Assembly (NCBI GenBank): GCA_965153455.1 | Contig: OZ234494.1 | Coordinates: forward strand, 2,852,001 to 2,916,000 | From: Sphagnum compactum | Lineage: Eukaryota | DNA: 64,000 nucleotides | Direction of reading: 5' to 3' | Shown here: positions 38,801 to 51,500 of the stretch, in pieces | Numbering within the stretch: position 1 is the first letter of the stretch | Layout: the number at the start of each line of letters is the position of its first letter | Notes under the pieces: generated by a model | Databases searched by the model: none | The model's input: the letters and a program-made list of their open reading frames with translations, nothing else | What the model was told of the DNA's origin: nothing | Program-made: the position numbers and the translations under genes

Positions 38801-41744
38801 GAATTTTACTTCTCTTTGGACACCATCAACATATAAGATTTGCACTGGATTTTGTCAAGCTCTGAAACATTAAGTGTTCTAACACTGGCCTAGTTACCTT
38901 AGTTTTAACTACTTTGTAAGTTACAACTTCAAAACTTATCCCATATTGTTTTTTGTCATTCTTATTTTAAGTACTATATGAAAAAAAAGGTGTGGAAACA
39001 TGTTTTCACATTGAAATTTCTTGAACCTTGTGGATTGAGACAATCAAAAGGCTTAACCCAAGACAAAAATAAAAATGTATTTCCTTCATCTTAACCTACT
39101 TACTTCTTTAATCTACTTATCCACACAACAACCAAACTAGGTAGGTAACTAGTTTGACCAATATAGCTAGGTTGAATTACCTACCTACATATCAAGAAAG
39201 GTGGGTATTTAGCCTAAGCAACCTACCAACCTATAAACCTACTTAACTACCTACCAATTTAAAATTAAAATTATATTTTTAAATTTTCATTTTTAAAATG
39301 CCATGTGGCATATCTACATTAAACCACATGTCATAATCTAAGACAATTAAAGTATACGAATGAACATCTTAGACTAATTTTAAATTATAATAATATTTAT
39401 ATTTTAAATAATTAAATGCTACGACATGTGGCAACACATTATTTGTCTTCAATGGTGACCAAAATAGGGTAAAAATACTATGCCCCCCAAAAATTGTAGT
39501 CACAAATACTGCATTTTTGCATTTGGTTTTTTAATGTAAGTATATACATCACATTTTGGATTATTTTCATTGTAGTTGTGTGCGGCCATTTAGATCATTT
39601 TATGACCAATGTAAATATTTGAAAACCATTTTTAATTTCAAAAAAAATCAATTAAACCCATAATTTATTAGGTATATACATTTTATCACAATTTGAATTT
39701 AACTATAAATAAATAATATAAATATTTTTTAATAAAATCTTATTAATAAAGGATAAAATTTGGTCATTTCAAGATGACATGTGGGATGAAGAAATTATTT
39801 GGGTTATGTAGGTATGGAATGGAGTCTAAAACCAAATACATTGGGGGTTCCCAAATATTTTGATTATCGTTAATAAGGATAGGGTAGATGTGCCAATTTG
39901 GGTATCATTAAAGAATCTAATCTGGTATGTAGATTTGGGTGTATTTCATTTTCATAACCTTGCATTTAAAATAGTAAATGCCTTTTGTTACTTGTACCAT
40001 TCTTAAAAACGATTTGTAGATGGTTCATGGCATGTGACATTTGACACATTAGGTTTTGGCAACATGATAATTGTCATGGAATAAAAAATGGAACATATTT
40101 TTCTCAAAAAAACAAACAAAGTAAAAACATTGTCAAGTGAGTTCCAAGGATGGGTAGGAAAACTTATGAAAATTGATGGAGTGATGGCATAGTGAAATCA
40201 AATGACACCTTTGACATCAAGATTCAACATAAAAACAACTTTGGAAAGGTTTCCACGTACTAGAAGGCATAAAGTGTAGTTGAGTCCCTATTCAATTAAA
40301 ATAAATCTTAAACCATAAACCCTTAAAACCCATATGTATACAAGTTCATCCTAATACATTCCAATACAAGTTTAGAACCATGTTTGCATTTATATCCATC
40401 AAGTTGGTCAGGAAATGGAATCAAGTTGCACAAGAAAAACCCATGGGTATTATTGGCCCGGTTTTGGCTAAAGAAAAATTTGAAATTTGCCCAACATGAA
40501 TCAATATAACATAATCCCTTTATCTAAATTAGCAATGTTTGGTTCATCACTTACCAGAGGTCCAACAATTTGTTATTTAACTAAATATTGAAGTAGTACC
40601 AAGTAGGATGAAGTAGAGGTAGTCTTTGATGCAATCCTTGATTTTGCTTTATATCTTCTATTTCTATACACATTAGTGAATTATTTTTTTCATTTTTCGA
40701 AGTATGATATGTTAGACCATCATATATTTTTTAAAATTAATATCACACACTTTTTGTCCATCTACAACATGGAAAAGGACTAGTAATTTTTTTGGAAAAG
40801 GAGTATAAAAAGGGTGACGTTGTGATAAGTTTTTGGGTACTCCTTAAAGAATTTGGACCCTTATAGATTGTTGAATTTGGTACTTTTATTACCATTCCCA
40901 TGCATATATCTTTGGCCCATGAATGAAAAGTTCTCCATCTTGCTATTGATATAACTTCACCACAAATGCATTGAAAATGCAACACATTTCTTGCAATCAT
41001 TTCGTATTTTCAATCATATTTGATTGACTTCAATGATTGTTTTCTACTATTTGTTTCTACTAGGCCAATTGAGCTTTATTTCCCCACAAGTGTAATAAAG
41101 TTGATCATAACACAACAAGTACATAAAAAGAGACCCTAACATTTCGTAAAACCATACATCTAGTATTTTTCTCTTTGAGTATTTGTTTATGCATGCATCT
41201 ATCTTTTTCTTTTTGTCTCTTTAAACCTTAAGGTTCGTTGCCAATTATAAACATTGAAATCCTTTTTGGAAAAAAGAGAGGAGGCATAGTTAATGGAAGT
41301 ATTGTTGCCACTCTACACGAAATTAAAGTGTTGAACATCTATCTATGAAGGAAGGTAGTTTATTTTGTTTTGTAGTTACAATATCCACCGAACTAGGATG
41401 CTTTAGATCATGTTATTGGTGTCTTTGGAAATATCTCAATGAGGAGGGGTGCATGGGCTTGGTTACATGATGTTTGGACTTGTAGTGCAAAAGTTTTTGA
41501 ATATTGAATGAATTTTTCATTGAAAATTAAATAGTAGCTGAAAATCTTGGAAGTATCGGAATGTGCCTTTGGTCTTGGTTTTGGAAGGAAAAATAAATTG
41601 ATAACATGGTAACATTTGAAAGCTTACCATTCAATTCAAGCATGATTTCCTTTCATATTTGGTTGTTCAAAAAATTGATACATACATTGCAAAATAATGT
41701 TCACATGTTGAGTTTCCCTATTTTAAAGAAACATATTTAGTAAG

Positions 41745-43320
41745 AAGGTTGTTGGAAAATGATAATGAGTGGATTGTATGTTTGCAAGAAGCTTCTATCA
41801 TTTGATCGAAAGCCCAATTTCGTAATTTGTTTGTAACATTATTTACTCATTGTTCCCCCAATGAGCTTAACAATTTGTGGGAGTGGTTTCGTCATAAAAT
41901 ATGTGATGATTTTAGACACCAATTACAAGTACAACAAGGCTTGGAGGATCCAAACATGAAGTACATGATTACAAATTGTTTTTTATTAATGAAAATTTAA
42001 GAAATGATTATAATCATCATTGCACAATAGAGGAGGCATGCCACAATTTGTTCAACCAATTGGGCTCCACACCATCTAAATCTTTTGATCACATAACAAC
42101 TCAATTGGAATCGTAAAGATCTTATGACCATTGTCAATGAACGTGTACTTCAATTTAATGTAGAACAAATTGTTGTTTATCAAAAAGTTTTAACATTAGT
42201 AAATGAACACAATGGGACAACATTTCTCCTTGATGGACTAAATAGAATAGGTAAAACATTTTTGTATAACACAATTGCAGTTAAACTTCGTAGTGAAGAA
42301 AAGATTGTTATATGTGTAGCATCATATGGTATTACTGCACTTTTACTTGATGTTGGACAAACTGCCCATTTTACTTTTAAACTTCCAATCCAAATCAATG
42401 AAGATTCAATACGTGCCATAGATAAGACATCAAATCATGCAGATCTTTTGCGTAAAACATCTTTGATCATTTGGGATGAAATTCTTATGCAACATTGTCA
42501 TTATCCAGAGGCAGTTGATTGTACGTTACGTAACTTACGTGATGACGGTAGAACCTTGGAAGTCTCACTGTAGTGTTTGGAAGAGACTTGTGTCAAGTTC
42601 TAGTTATTGTAAAAGGTTCTAAAGGACAATTGTAGTTGTTTCACTTCGTAAATCAATGTTGTGGCATGGTGTACATCTATTGAAGTTACAACAAAACATG
42701 CGTTTAACTACAACATTTCAAGAAAATTGCCAATTTGCACATTGGTTACTCAAAGTAAGAAGTGGGGAAATTCAAATTGATGAAGAAGGATGCATTCCTC
42801 TACCTCAACAAATAATACATGGTCGAGATTTACAATCATTCATTCAAGTAGTGTACATTGGTATTGAAGACAAAAATGCACATAATGATGAATATTTCAA
42901 AGACCAGATCATTTTATCCACTTGAAATGATGTTGACAATATCAACAATGTCACCATTCAAAGGTTTCTAGGGGTGCTTTAAACATTTTAAAATATAGAT
43001 ATTGTTGTTCCCAAAGTAAGTATTGATAATTGTAATATGTACCTTATTGAATACCTCAATTTTTTTGAGTTGCCAAGTTTGTCATTTACGAAGCTTCACT
43101 TGAAGCTTGGATGTCCAAATATGTTGTAACAAAACATTGCCCCAAAACATGGATTATGTAATGGTTCATGACTCATAATCACACGTCTAAGTAATTGTAT
43201 TGTTGAAGCAGGAATATTGACTAGGGCCATGTGGGAGAAACTAAATTCATTTCAAGAATCACTTTGCAACCAACAACAATACCTTTCAAACCCATAGGTG
43301 CATAAGCCATTTGTGATGAC
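41745..43320 (+). pseudogene. Second, AT-rich, heavily decayed Helitron PIF1-helicase fragment
   Basis: LLENDNEWIVCLQEAS, FLLDGLNRIGKTFLYN, VASYGITALLL..GQTAH..FKLP, LIIWDEILMQ, LQQNMRL, GLCNGS*LII. Many stops and frameshifts. Confidence 0.85.
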
Positions 43321-44226
43321 ATAATTGATGATCGCCCACATAGAAAGGAAGGCAAGAGCAAAAAAGAAAATACAAATAGACAAAAGAAAAAATAAAATCT
43401 AAAATGGAATTCCATTTATGACAAACTATAATCCAAAATGATTCTAAAATTATCATAGTGATAAGCACCAAAATACCCATCCTACTGATACCGATTTCAA
43501 TCAAAACATTGTCACTGAAATTAATAAATACACAATTTTTTTTCTTGAACATTGTGCACTAGTTTGACAAAACTAATAATACAAATAAATTTTAAAATTT
43601 TAGTTGGGCGCAAGTGTGTAGATGGAACCTTTGAAATAGGATTGCATTCCAAAATTTGTAAAAAGTTTAAAAAATTGAAGGTTTTATAAATCCAAGAAAC
43701 CATTGTTAGAACCACACGAAAGGTTTTTTCAACTTAAAAAAATTAAGATAAAAAATAGACAATGGTGGTCCTTAACCTAACACATAAGATATCATTTTAA
43801 ACCAAGTTCCAACAAATAAAATAAAATAAAATAAAATCTTACATGCACGATAACATCATGGGAAAAATAAATAAAATAAATTGACAAATAGCATTTAACC
43901 TTAGAATATAACTAACCCGAAAGCATTTATTTGCAAGTTAACAAAAAGTTTAAGAAAGTCACGGGGAAAATTCACCAAAATTGGTACCATTAATAAGTTC
44001 TCTATCCTTGAGGCTTCAATTTTAGGGTCCCTTTCAAAATTAAAAATTTATTTTCAATTTTGGTGGTACAAATTTTTTTGGTGAATTAATCTTTTAAAGA
44101 AAACTAGCAAAAATTAATTGAAATTTGAATACAGTTTGAAAAAAATAAAAAATAAAAATCCAAAAAAAAAAAGTTTCCCAACGCTTTTGTGAAAAAAAGA
44201 AAAAAAGAAAAAGAAAAACAAGGAGA

Positions 44227-44250
44227 GCCACGTAAGACAGGCCACGTCAG
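44227..44250. promoter_or_regulatory. Paired ACGT-core (GCCACGT) bZIP-type boxes upstream of the MIT/coiled-coil gene
   Basis: gccacgta at 44227 and gccacgtca at 44241; function is inferred. Confidence 0.4.
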
Positions 44251-44364
44251 AATTTTCGTAAGGTAACTAACTGTGCTGGGGTGCCAGGTGGCAGATGAGG
44301 TGGCAGGGATAACGGTTATCTTTGTCTCTCTCGCGGGACGCGTCGTCAGTTGTTCTCTTGTGCG

Positions 44365-44368
<4 letters not shown>

Positions 44369-44396
<28 letters not shown>
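44369..44396. repeat. (TG)n microsatellite
   Basis: Seen directly. Confidence 0.95.
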
Positions 44397-44401
<5 letters not shown>

Positions 44402-45511
44402 GTGCGTCTCTCTCCTCTGCCGTCGCATTTCCAAATCTTCCCCCACATCTCTGTACATCATTGCCATCACTGACATTTGCAGAATAGTCTGTTACATATA
44501 ACACCATCTTCTTCTTCAGCAAGAAGAGGAGACAACAGAAGGAGAACAGAACAGAGAAGAGATTTTCTTTGTTTGAAAAGTTTTGAAGTTCCTATTTGCC
44601 AATTGCTGTTTCTGTTGTGGTTATTGTGCTCAAACCTGGAAAAGCCTAGAAGGATTTGTTGTTGCTATTCTTGTTGTTTTTTTCTTTTTGGGGGGGGGGG
44701 GTTGATTTTGCTTGTTTGTGAGTTTCGAAGTTTCTGCTTTCCTTGTCATTGCAGTACGTATTTGCTACTTAATTGGGTTTCTGTTCTCCAAGTGGTTTGC
44801 AATATAGAGCATGGTATATGCACTTGCCTTCTTTTGGCTCAAGCAAAAAAACTCATGACAGTATTGTGCAATAAAATTGACCTCCGAAAAGAATTCAGTT
44901 TTATTTTTCTGTTTTTCAGTTCTCAGGTTTTTTGTCAATGGGAGTAGACATTTTAAATGTTGTTTTTTCATGCCTCCAGGTTGAAGAATCCAACTTTTGG
45001 GTGTTGTTTTTTCATGCCTCCCAGTTGAAGAATCCATCTTGAACTTTTTTCAGTTTCCTGCACAGGATCTCCTCTGTGCATCTCCTCTCAGAATTTGCCT
45101 AGGTTATAGGTTATTGCAAGTGGTCATGTGTGCAGAGAGAGGTGGGTCATCACAGCCCATTAAGAACTTTTGTGTTGCAGTTTTGATCAAGCCTTCTTGT
45201 GTTTTTTCTTGTGTACAGACTTCACAAGTCAGATTGTGGAACAAACTCCTTTCATGTTCTGCTGCAAGGGATCATCAATGAGCTTCTGAGCTTCAATCAT
45301 CAGTAGTAATCATCATCTTACACCTTGAGAGAAATTGGATGTGAGCATTTCTGGTTTCTGGAGTTATGTCTCATTGCAGTCAATTCTTGCACATTGTACA
45401 CCAGCCATGGATTGTTGTCCACAACACGTGAGCATTTTGCTTGAAACTGTGAGAATGTTTCTGTTTCTAAGAGATGCCCTGCATGAGAATATGGAATAGC
45501 AGCGATCAGGC

Positions 45512-48500
45512 ATGGATGGGGCAATTCTGCCACTGAATTTCTACTGCAGAAATGCTCGACTCTGTCTGAGAAAAGCTTCCTTCTCCAAAAAAGCAAACCT
45601 CCCTGCAGATGAGCTACAGCATCTAATAGCCTTTACAACACTGGTGTCAAGCACAATTCCTCTACATCCACTTTACCCTGACAGGAAGGACGAGAAGCCA
45701 TTTGTTGAGCTCCGGACCCAGTTACCTGAAGTCGAAGGAAGGATTTTGGAGCTTGAAGCTGAAGGGTCGACAACGGTCATGCCCATCATCTCTACAACTG
45801 ATGGAAAACCCAGTTGCCTGAAGCTTGAGAAGTCAAAGGAGCAGTCATCTCAGAGAAAAGCAAATTCTCTGCTGACTTCATCTCCAAGATCCATCTCTGA
45901 TTCTATGTCAAGAGCTGAGAAGAGAACCACCACAAATCCTCTGAAAGAGCAACCCGAAAGAGTTGAGCAGTGTGAGAATTGGTCATCCAACAGAAGTGAA
46001 GCTTACAGATTTGTGAGTAAGTCAGCCCCTTCCTCCCAAAAGACAACCCCAATTACACAACAACAGAGAAAAACATCTGATTCTTCAGCCATGGACCATC
46101 ATCACCATCATCACCATCACCATCACCATGGCAGCAAGGACTATTTGAGGTCTCAACCAACTTCTGTTACTCCCACACCAGGTTCATAGTCCTCAAAACT
46201 TCTTCTTGCATTTTCACCAAAGGCTTTTTCAAGTTCCTTCCCATTTTCCCAAAGCAATCTGAAAAAGAAGATTGATGTGCTGCTGTTATCCCACAACCAT
46301 AGAAGAGAAACATCTCTGTGCCCATGAGCTTCTTGAGAAAGATTAGGATCTTTTATGTCGTGCTTATGCTCTCTGCAGGCGATATAACTCTGCAGCATGT
46401 GAATGGAGGAAGAGACGTGCCTTGCTTGAAATCGTTGGGCCCTGCCACCTCCACTTCTTCAAAAACCCAAGGCAAGGGCTCTTCCGTACATGTCCCAAAA
46501 ATGAAAGGCATAGCAGTGGATTTGTTGCAGGAAGGGTCTGTTGTCATGTTGCATCCATCTGGAATAAGCCCCAGCAGGAAATGCAGCATTCATGGTTTCC
46601 CAGGTGGATCCAATCAAGCTACCAGCAAGTGTTGTGTGGCTCATTGTAGCAGCAGCAGCAGCATGATGATGATTTCTGGAGTCTCCAGATGTGAAGGAGG
46701 AAAAGAGATGAGTATGAGAGCAGCTCCAATGGCCACTGTGAAGTGTAAGCAAAAGCTTGGAGGTGGTGGAAGTTCGTTGGAACAAGGGATTGTGAACAGG
46801 GAGGAAGATACACAAGTCATGTCCATGGGAGTAGCAGCAGCAGAGTTTACAGAAGGGGAAATGACCAGAAGGTGTGCTCAAAGCAATGGCACATCAGAAC
46901 ACCAGTGTGAGGAAGTTTGCTACAGAAAACCAACATTGGCAGAATCTGGAAGAGGAGGGTTGTTAGAGGGCTCTGAAGAGCAAAACAATGAACTGAATGT
47001 TGAGACAAACTTCACAGTGTCAAACTGCAGGGAGCATCATGGTCAACAACACCATTGCGATTCGTTACATGGAAGACATGGACATGTACCTCAAGGTGAG
47101 GGCTTGAAGGAGTGGAAAGGTGGGTTTGTGGAAGGTGACAGACAATATGAGCTTGAAGGCGAGAGCTCACAACCCCAAAAGTTTGAAGAAGGAAATGGTG
47201 GGTTATACAGTGAAAGAAGCAATCCAGCAAGAGTAGGACTTGGACAAGGTGGGTCAGAGTCAGGAAAATTACTCAATGCATGCCCAACATCTGCACCTCG
47301 AAGGATGCAAGGGGTGGCAGCATCTGGGGAGCGAGTGAAATTTCCCAAGGGAGAACGGATTGATATTAATATAAGCAATGGAAGAAACAGGAGTGCAATG
47401 GGGACATACAAATCCAGAGGTGTGAAGGGTGTGAAGGAAGACTGTGACAGGTTCAGGCACCAAATGCAGGTGTTGAAAGAGAAAGCTGAGGATTCCAGAG
47501 TCCGGGAAGTGGAAGTTGAAGGAATGGTGGACAGATTGCAAAAGTGCACGGTTGATGAAATTGACACAGTTGCAACCAGGAAGGGGGTGGGTGTGAGAGG
47601 GGAGCCACCAAAGTCTCACCGGACAGCCAGGTTCAGCAACAAGGAGAGATTGGAGTTTGAGAATATCTACACCAGTCCACGGATCAGCCCTACACAAAAT
47701 GGAGCTCTTGGATGCAAGCTAAACATATCTCCACCACCACCACCACACCTGCATGGAAGGCCTCTCCTCAGATGGGAACCAGAGGTGATGAAAGATGCGC
47801 ATAAGGAATTTGAGGCTCGCAAAACCATCCCTGCATTGACTGCTTGCCTTCCTTCATATACAAATTCGACAAGCTCCTCATCTTCGGGTTCATCAATGTC
47901 ATCTCTTCCATCTTTACCACTGTCTCACTACATTCAGAAGCTGAAACACCTGGCACCCAAGTCTCATCTCCCTGCCTCTAGTCGTGCCTTGTACACACCA
48001 GGTTCAAACACTGCTGCTGCTATGGTTGGCTGCTGCAATCCTGCACACACTGCCCTTCATCACAACATACTCACAAGTTCTGCAAGCACCTTGGAGCCTC
48101 AATCTAAGTATGAGCCTTCTACCTCAGATTACAAGCCTAGCCCTGAAAGCTTAGATACAAGCAGCAACAGACGTGTGGGTGACAGTGAATGGGATTCAAG
48201 CCATCTCTCTTCCAACAAGTCCACTGCCATCTTGTTGCCCACATCAACAGCCAATGCTCATACTGCAAACTGTCCACTCGCACAATCTCAATACAACAAC
48301 GACAACAGCAGGTTTGGAATCTGTGCGGCAAGCCAGAGTGTGAGCAGGAGTCCTCTATCAGATACAACTTCATGCCAGATGGTCAGAACTGAGCAGCAAA
48401 TGGGTGGCGTTCTCGGATGTTGCACCTTGGCTACTAGCCATCTACAGTGCCATCACAACAACAACATCAATGATTTCAACTGCACTGCCACAAAATTCAG

Positions 48501-51500
48501 CCAGGCAAAAGTTGGTCAGAAGTACCTTGTAGCACCTGATGATTTAAGCTTCCGAGGATTTAACAACCGAATCAGTGAGGCAAGTGCTTGATCCCAACAC
48601 CAGCTATGTAGCTCTCCTCTCTACTTTGTTCATGATGGAGAAAACTGTTGTATGAATTGGCTGTGTCTAAGATGATTGATCAATCAACAAAACCAACCTC
48701 CTCAAATTGACAAACCAAAACCACCTTGCAGGGTGTGCAACTTGAGGCGTATGAAGAAAAGATGGCCAAGATACAGAGACTGGTGGGTGAAGTGAAAGGC
48801 TCAGTCGAGGGTTTCAAAATCCGGATAGAGGTGGAGAGTGAGGGATGGAGGGGCCGCATGGAGGGCTTAGAAAAGGAGCTTGAGGCTCTCAAGGATGAAA
48901 TGGATGATGAACTCTTGGAAACAAAGCACAGCATTCGAAATGAAGTGAAACTCAAGATTACTGACATGATGACAGATGCAGAAAAGATGAGGAGACAAGA
49001 TAAAGAACAGGTATCAACAACATATCTTCTTCATCAGACAATTTCTTACATTCCCCAATCTTTTGGCTGAATCTGAATCAAACCTAAGAATCTAAGTTGG
49101 GGATCAGTGTTGCAATGATGATGTTCTGGGGTGGGTGGGGGGTAAACTGTGAGCAGGTGGAATCACTATTGGAAGAGACGATAGAGAAACGGTTCAATGA
49201 AAAGGATATGGGAATGGCAGAGATGCGGGGTGAGATAAGACTGTTGTGGGCTGAGGTGGAGGCTTTGTCCAAGGGAAGAGAGGAAGTGCAAAGTCATGTT
49301 CAGCATCTTGCCCAAGTTGCCCAAATTGCAAAGGAAAATGCCAATCATGAACAAGACATGCTTAAGTCAGAGAATGGTTTTCTACGCCGGCAGCTCCAGA
49401 CACTGAAACAAGAAGGCATTCAGGTCAGTTTCAGAACTCAAAAACACTTGACTTTAGAAAAGAGGAACCAGGACCCATCTCTTTCATGACCATGACAGAA
49501 TGCAAACAAGACTTTTTGTGTTTTTTACTGCAGGTTAAATTGGAATCTGAAGATTTTGCAGCAGTGCAAGCAGATTTCAAGCATTCTGTCACAAACCTGA
49601 CAAATGAAGGATCCAGCATGAAGCTTGAAATCCAGAGCCTCAAGAATGCTGAGAGAGTTATGAAGGTAAAGAGTGGTTCTAATCCAAGAGATTCTGACCC
49701 AGTGTCAGTCATCTGCAAAACTTCTTTCCTGCAATTGGGGAAAGAAAGAAAACAAAGAGCTTTTCAAACTCAGATCTTTCACATATTGTTTGATACAACA
49801 GGTGGAGATTGAGAACCTGCAGAAGCTGGTGGAGAAGATGCAAGAGGAAACTGAAGAGCTGGAGAAGGAGAGAGGGATCTCACAAATAGAAGGGGTACGT
49901 GAGAGGCTGCTTATCATGGAGAGAGTTGAGAGTCTGTCACAGCTGTATCTTGGTGGACTGGAGGAGGTTCGCAATGATGTCTTCAATGTGAAGATTACTA
50001 GCCGGGATAGACTGGATGAGATTGAAAGCCAATGGAGTGAGTACAAGCGGCACCAAGAAAATTCTTCAGAAGATGGGCCTTCTTCTGGTTCTCGGCAAGT
50101 AAGTTCCATATACACATTCTTGTGCTCAGCTGTACATGTATGCACATTTGCATACAAAAGGATTTCAGGGTCTTTGGCAAATTACTAATTTCAGTTTTTG
50201 TGATGATGACCAGCTTCTTTGTAATGAGCTAGAGAATGTGAGAACTGAGATGGCAGAGATAGTGGAGACTGAAAGACGACTCCTTGGGGAGTCACTGGAA
50301 AGGGAGAGTGGTTGCATTAGAGATCAAGTGATGGAATTGTGTTCCAAAAATAAGAGTGAGATGATCAGCATGCTCAAAGTGGAGGTACAAAAGCGTTTGC
50401 AAACTGCAAGAGACAAAGTCTTGCTGATGACAGATGCACTCAAGCAAGAAATGGACAGATTGAAATCACAGCTCAGTGAAGCACAGGTGTGAATCAAAAA
50501 CCTGGATATGGATTACCTCTTCACTCTTGTTCACAGTTCAATTGTAAGAAGACCAGGAGGGATAGAGTAACCCGAAAAGCTTGAAATGTGGATCTGGAGT
50601 GCACAGGAAGGTGCAGAGGAGCTGGCACATGCTGTATCAATGGTGGAGCGGGAGAAAGATGTGGCTGCTGCAGCAGCTGCAGATGCTACCATGTTTGCTG
50701 CAAAAGCTGAAGAGATACTCTCTGAAATGTTGGGATCCTTCACTACTGAAATGGCAAATGCTCGTTGCAAGAGTGTTCAACTCCAGGTGTCATCACAGTG
50801 TCGAACCCACAAGACAGAATTTGTATTTAGAACAGTCAAATTCCAGTAACTAGCAGTCTGTTTCTCAAGTGCATTCTCATAGCAATTGCCAACAAAGTTC
50901 TCCTGTTCAGAGAGTTCACATGCTCAAGCAAATATAGGCCATTGCTGGGAATCCTAAACAACAGAGAATGTGAATAACTTGAGAAACCATGGTCTTGATA
51001 TGCAGGAAAATCTTGCAATTGAGCGAGATTTTGCAGCAGCAGCAGCTTCAGAGGCCAGGAGAATGAGTCAGGAGCTGGCAAAGGAAAAAGAGTATGCACT
51101 GATTGCTGTCACAGAAGCTGGTGAGAAGAATCAGAAGCTGCAAGAGTTTTTGGAAAGAGAGAGCTCCAAAATCATGCACGCAGTAGCAGTTGTGCAGCAG
51201 GAGAAAGATGCTGCTTCACATGCAGCATCAGAGGCTACCTCATCAGCCCTCAAGGCCGGAGAAATGCTGTCTGAAGTACTGAACTCCTTCAATACAGAAA
51301 TGGCAAAAGCTCGAACTATGAGTTTGCAGTTGCAGGTAGTTTACTTTATTTTCTCTCAAAGGGTTTCTTTGGAACAATCACAGTATGAAACCTTGTAACT
51401 TTACAAGTAAATCTGACCCATACTGCTGCTGCAGGTGGGTCTGGAGAGGGAGAGAGAGGGGCTTGAGAGAGAGAGAGAAGTGGCAATACAGCACAGCCAG

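Noticed and set aside
46097-46129. His11 run as a cloning tag artefact
   Set aside because: Mixed CAT/CAC codons inside a genomic exon with no vector sequence; natural poly-His tracts are common in plant proteins.
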